This document shows, in pieces, positions 37,140-41,120 of a stretch of 41,120 bases of DNA. The stretch is from Toensbergia leucococca (taxonomy: Eukaryota), in assembly GCA_022813965.1 (NCBI GenBank), contig JALDZS010000202.1, positions 1-41,120 on the forward strand, written 5' to 3'. Both the position numbers and the translations under genes were made by a program. The notes beneath the pieces are model-generated. The model was not told the origin of the DNA. It did no database searches and saw only the letters and a program-made list of their open reading frames with translations. Position 1 is the stretch's first letter, and each line of letters opens with the position of its first letter.

Positions 37140-37847
37140 ATGTCCTTCCGCCATCCATCACTAACCTTCGCCCGCTCCTTCACCACCACCCCCGCTCTCC
37201 CCGCCCGGCCCTCCATGTCCCAATTAACCCATATCCACCGCAACATCCCAGCCTACCCCCATGGCCGCAACTACTGGTACAAGCAGTCCAACTTCGGCCT
37301 CTACGGTAACACGCGCATCCAATTTGGCAACAGCGTCTCGGCGGAACATGGCGTCAAAAACCGCCGCAAATGGGAACCCAACATCCAGCACAAGCGGCTG
37401 TGGAGCGAAGCTCTGAACCGGTTCTTAGATCTCAAGGTTCATACGCGGGTGTTGCGGACGATTGATAAGTGTGGGGGAGTAGATGAATATTTGCTGGGGG
37501 GGTCAAAGGCGAGGATTAGGGAGTTGGGGATGGAGGGGTGGAGGTTAAGGTGGAAACTTATGCAGACGGGGAAGGTGAAGAAGAGGTGGGAGGTCGAGAG
37601 GGCAGAGTTGAAGAGGGTGGAACTGGAGAGAGTGGAGTTGGAGAGAGCGGAGTTGGAGAGAGTGGAATTGGAGAGAGCGGAGTTGGAAAGGGTGGAATTG
37701 GAGGCGAGTGAGGCGGTGAAGGCGTTGAGCAAGGTGAAGGCGCCGAGGAGGGCAAATAAGCGGGCGAAGCTTGATGAGCCACGAACGCCGATGAAGGAGA
37801 AGGAGGAGGAGGACCATGAAACAAGGCATGTGGAGCCTTCTGCATAG
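37140..37847 (+). CDS. MRPL24: Mitochondrial 54S ribosomal protein L24 (bL28m)
   Basis: Presequence-like N-terminus; YKQSNFGLYG..IQFGNSVS..KNRRKWEPNIQHKRLWSEAL..TRVLRTIDKCGGVDEYLL. Confidence 0.92.
   Translation: MSFRHPSLTFARSFTTTPALPARPSMSQLTHIHRNIPAYPHGRNYWYKQSNFGLYGNTRIQFGNSVSAEHGVKNRRKWEPNIQHKRLWSEALNRFLDLKVHTRVLRTIDKCGGVDEYLLGGSKARIRELGMEGWRLRWKLMQTGKVKKRWEVERAELKRVELERVELERAELERVELERAELERVELEASEAVKALSKVKAPRRANKRAKLDEPRTPMKEKEEEDHETRHVEPSA
37593..37704 (+). repeat. Coding 15-bp tandem repeat (ELERV/ELERA, about 7 units)
   Basis: Translation VERAELKRVELERVELERAELERVELERAELERVELEA. Confidence 0.9.
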
Positions 37848-38556
37848 TTTTTTTGGCTCAGGAAAGGGGGCAGAAGATATTTCAAAGTTGATATTTGTTT
37901 TCACTTTAGCGGATGGGCTTTGTTACTTACGAGTAGCAGAAACAACATAGTAATGTTCTTCTTCACCCGAAAACAAAAGACTCACTGCAATCATTAGTGC
38001 AGCCATTCAGTAATTTCCCAAAATTTCGTCTCCTTTCCACAGTCAAAACGCGTCTCCTCTCCCAAACATGGTACTCTCTACCACAATTGCCACCTTCACC
38101 AGATCTATCATCCTAGGCAGCTCCCGGCCCAACAAGGCTGCAAACTCCCAACACTACATCCTTCGTGCGTTGGTGCAGCAACTGGCTGCGAAGGGTATCA
38201 AAGGCGTTGAGAATCCCTAATCCCAACCCTTTAAGCCATCGATACGTTTGGAACGAATTGAATATCTAATTTACATGGATACAGTCAATACGTGCTCCAA
38301 GGACTCTCACTGGCTTCGCCGAGGACGGGAACGTAAAAGCTCGAGTCATCTCATCACCCACCTTGTCTGCACTCACATGTTGACTAGCACATTGGCACTC
38401 GCTCACTAAAGGGTTACAGAGGAATACGCATAGAAGATGATTGAAGTCACTGTAAGGGGAAAGTATACAGTATGACAGCGAAAAAAAATGTCAAGTAGGC
38501 TTAAGAAGTCTGGCATTGCAAACAGAATACAAGTCTAGAACAAGTAATGAGGTAAA

Positions 38557-40617
38557 TCAAGCCAGCCTCACTCCAGCTTGCCGATTCTTCCTCGCTGTAG
38601 TCCCCATAGCATTGTTCATCCCGGTAGCTTGACTGCTGTCCAGAGTACTCATGGCTTCTCTTCTCTTGTCATCCTCAATCTTCTTCAGGTGCTTCTCGGT
38701 TTTCTGCTTCCCGCTACCCTTCCCATGGAATTGGTGACTGAGGTGCTTGAAGGCTTCCTGCTGATTCATAGATCGACCAAACTCGTCAACGTACTTTAAT
38801 TGCACATCAGGCTTATACTCGCGATTGAAAATATCCGCCATCTGTTTGGATTCTTGCTGGTCTCGCTGCTTGTTTTCCCATCGAGCATAATCCTCTCTAT
38901 CGCGGGCCGACATGCGGTCGAGCTTACCGCTAGCACGGTCACGCTCACGCTGTAAACGAGCTTTGCGTTCTGCATCTGCTTCTCGTTTCTGCTTTTCTGC
39001 TAGGAATTTCTGGCGTTCGCGGTGGAGCGCATTGATGTCTCCATTAGCAGCCGTCTTGATCAAACCTCGCTGAGAAAGCATGGTTAACGTCGCGCCAATG
39101 CCATTATTCAATGTGGCCTCGTCTTCGAGGCCTGTTACGGTAAGCCCGGGAGTGGCTGGATTAGAGCTTTCTCGCTTGATTCGGGGTTCGAGATCTTCTT
39201 CATCCTCTACATCGTTGTAAGACCGATCCATGTCGATATCGATATTGTCAGTGGCTGTTTGAGAAGGAGAGCCTTGCGATGTTGAACCCCCAGCAGGTTT
39301 GGAAGATTCTCGCCGCGACTTATTCATTATGGTGGGCCGTTGCAGATTTGCAACAAACTCTGAAGTCTCATCTATGATTAAGCCCCCTTCGTCGAGATCG
39401 GTGTCATTATGTCCATTAACGGTCTGTTGCTCTGTGCCTGGTGTAGACAAAGCCTCCTCTTCTCGAATCTGCCTCGCAATATCTTCTGGCTTGGTTTTCT
39501 TGCGCTTCTTCAAAGCTGCTCTTCTTTGTGTTGCCAAAGATGCTTGCAAATCGTCATCGTCAACAAAGGACGAACTACCCATCTGTATCCGCGGTGTTGC
39601 CACAGCGCTATCAGTGGTTCCTATATCGATATCCATAACATCTCCATTACCACCAAGGTTCAATCCACCACTCGGTTCCGCAGTCGGAAATATATCGTCT
39701 TCATCGGTAGTTTTCTGTCGCGTAGACTTTGCCTTCTTCTTCTTTGGCTTCCTAGTCTTGAGATCTAGTATTTCGGTGTAGTCAGAAGTCGCATTGTCTT
39801 TCAAGATATCGAGACTGATAGGCAAGGCCTTGAATTTTTCGCCAACCATTTTTCTCATGCCCTCACGTTCCTCTGCAGTCGTACCCTGGCCATCTAAGGT
39901 GAAGCGCTTCCGCTTTTTGCCATCTATAGTCTCATCGTAGTGTTGTAGGAGCGAAGTCCCGCCGACTTCATCAACGTCATTAGGATTGTAGACCGGTTTC
40001 TTCTTCTTCAGCTCGAGTCTCTCATTCAGTTTCTCCTGCTCTTTTAGGTCCAGATTCTCCAATTCATCACCTTCCTCTTCGTTCTCGTCGATCGTAGTAT
40101 CCTTCAACGTCAATACCTGCTCCCCGCCCTCCTCAAAGTCTTTAAGCTCATGTCCGACCTTCACACCTGCAAGATCCTCAGCAGTGTGATCGGCAACATT
40201 TTCTCTCTCTTCGAGTTCTTTCTGTAGTTTCCGGAACTTCTCTCGTTCAAGCTTCTTTTGTCTCTTCTTTTGCTGGAGCAGCCAAGTCTTGGTATCAAGG
40301 TCCGTCACATCGTCAGCCTCTCCAAGCCCTTTCCCCTCTATTTTCGCAAATCTCCGAGCAAGGTCCCGTGCCTTTTTGATAGCGTCATTCTTCGCTTCTC
40401 GCTGCACTTTAGCATCTGCTTCATCCTGTAGTTTTTTCCAGTTGTCGTACCCTTGCGCTTGCCTTGATTCTAGTGTACTACCCTGATCTTCCTCTGAAGA
40501 GCTCTCGTCATCCTTGGAGGGCTTGAAGGAAGGTCCACCACCAGGCACAGGAAGCGGTTTGAGACCGATAGCTATCCTAACCTTGTTAGTCTGCTCGATC
40601 GAAATAGTATCTGCCAT
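38557..40617 (-). CDS. SNU66: U4/U6.U5 tri-snRNP protein Snu66/SART-1
   Basis: N-terminal HIND motif ISIEQTNKVRIAIGLKPLP; GVKVGH, LTLKD; C-terminal YVDEFGR..EAFKHLSHQFHGKGSGKQKTEK. Confidence 0.95.
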   Translation of the reverse strand: MADTISIEQTNKVRIAIGLKPLPVPGGGPSFKPSKDDESSSEEDQGSTLESRQAQGYDNWKKLQDEADAKVQREAKNDAIKKARDLARRFAKIEGKGLGEADDVTDLDTKTWLLQQKKRQKKLEREKFRKLQKELEERENVADHTAEDLAGVKVGHELKDFEEGGEQVLTLKDTTIDENEEEGDELENLDLKEQEKLNERLELKKKKPVYNPNDVDEVGGTSLLQHYDETIDGKKRKRFTLDGQGTTAEEREGMRKMVGEKFKALPISLDILKDNATSDYTEILDLKTRKPKKKKAKSTRQKTTDEDDIFPTAEPSGGLNLGGNGDVMDIDIGTTDSAVATPRIQMGSSSFVDDDDLQASLATQRRAALKKRKKTKPEDIARQIREEEALSTPGTEQQTVNGHNDTDLDEGGLIIDETSEFVANLQRPTIMNKSRRESSKPAGGSTSQGSPSQTATDNIDIDMDRSYNDVEDEEDLEPRIKRESSNPATPGLTVTGLEDEATLNNGIGATLTMLSQRGLIKTAANGDINALHRERQKFLAEKQKREADAERKARLQRERDRASGKLDRMSARDREDYARWENKQRDQQESKQMADIFNREYKPDVQLKYVDEFGRSMNQQEAFKHLSHQFHGKGSGKQKTEKHLKKIEDDKRREAMSTLDSSQATGMNNAMGTTARKNRQAGVRLA

Positions 40618-41120
40618 GGTCTACTAAGTAGAATCAGAGATGATTGGGTAACAGCAATATGTTAGCAGTCGAAAGAGAGTTCATAGACTAGCGTGGGCGA
40701 TGGCTCATCTAGGTAATGAAAGTGAGCGAACGCGGTTTCGTAACGCGGCTCAGTGCAGTTGAGTTTGAAAATTGACGTAGGAAGCTTGCGATACAGTGAT
40801 ATCATCTGTCCTTGAGCTCTAACGGGTCTCTACGGAGTGTCTTGATGCACAATTTAATTCTACAGTGTTAGCCATCACTCCTTGTAGCTAAGAGAGAAAC
40901 CTCTTAATTTGATGGTATCTAGTTGTATCGTGGTGCATGTCAGCCTACAACACATCGATGAGTCTTGACAGGAACCTGCTTTGAACTCTGATACGATGAG
41001 ACGTAATGATCTAAAAGAGCAGAAAGATGATGCAATATCGCCGTAGGTTTATGGCGACACGTATCATTCATCCTGCCAGCATAACGACCATTCAACTCAT
41101 CCCGTCATGGTCCAAATCTC

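Noticed and set aside
40618..40800. 5' UTR intron or structured motif upstream of SNU66
   Set aside because: A GCTAAC and TAG occur on the minus strand, but no convincing donor or stem was found.

Overview
Gene-dense eukaryotic DNA from a filamentous ascomycete (Pezizomycotina; a lichen-forming lineage is a guess). Short GT-AG introns carry CTRAC branch sites. Genes recognised from translated motifs: Apd1-like sucrase/ferredoxin, an OB-fold protein, Dlt1, a 10-exon CorA-like protein, V-ATPase subunit a, a PLP aminotransferase, glycerol-3-phosphate acyltransferase, Mrp10, a conserved disordered protein, an F-box/LRR protein, a HAUS4-like augmin subunit, a thioredoxin-like membrane protein, Pth2, MrpL24 and Snu66/SART-1. 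The most unusual part is 4.2-7.3 kb. It holds a tandem array of three diverged two-exon genes for small SH3/Tudor-like proteins, with co-duplicated upstream motifs and one possible GA-AG intron, next to a CpG-depleted RIP-like relic. Other points: an 11-bp minisatellite present twice in opposite orientation, a hairpin-rich candidate ncRNA at about 33 kb, and a strong C-rich to G-rich switch within several genes. All calls were made by eye; no database searches were run.
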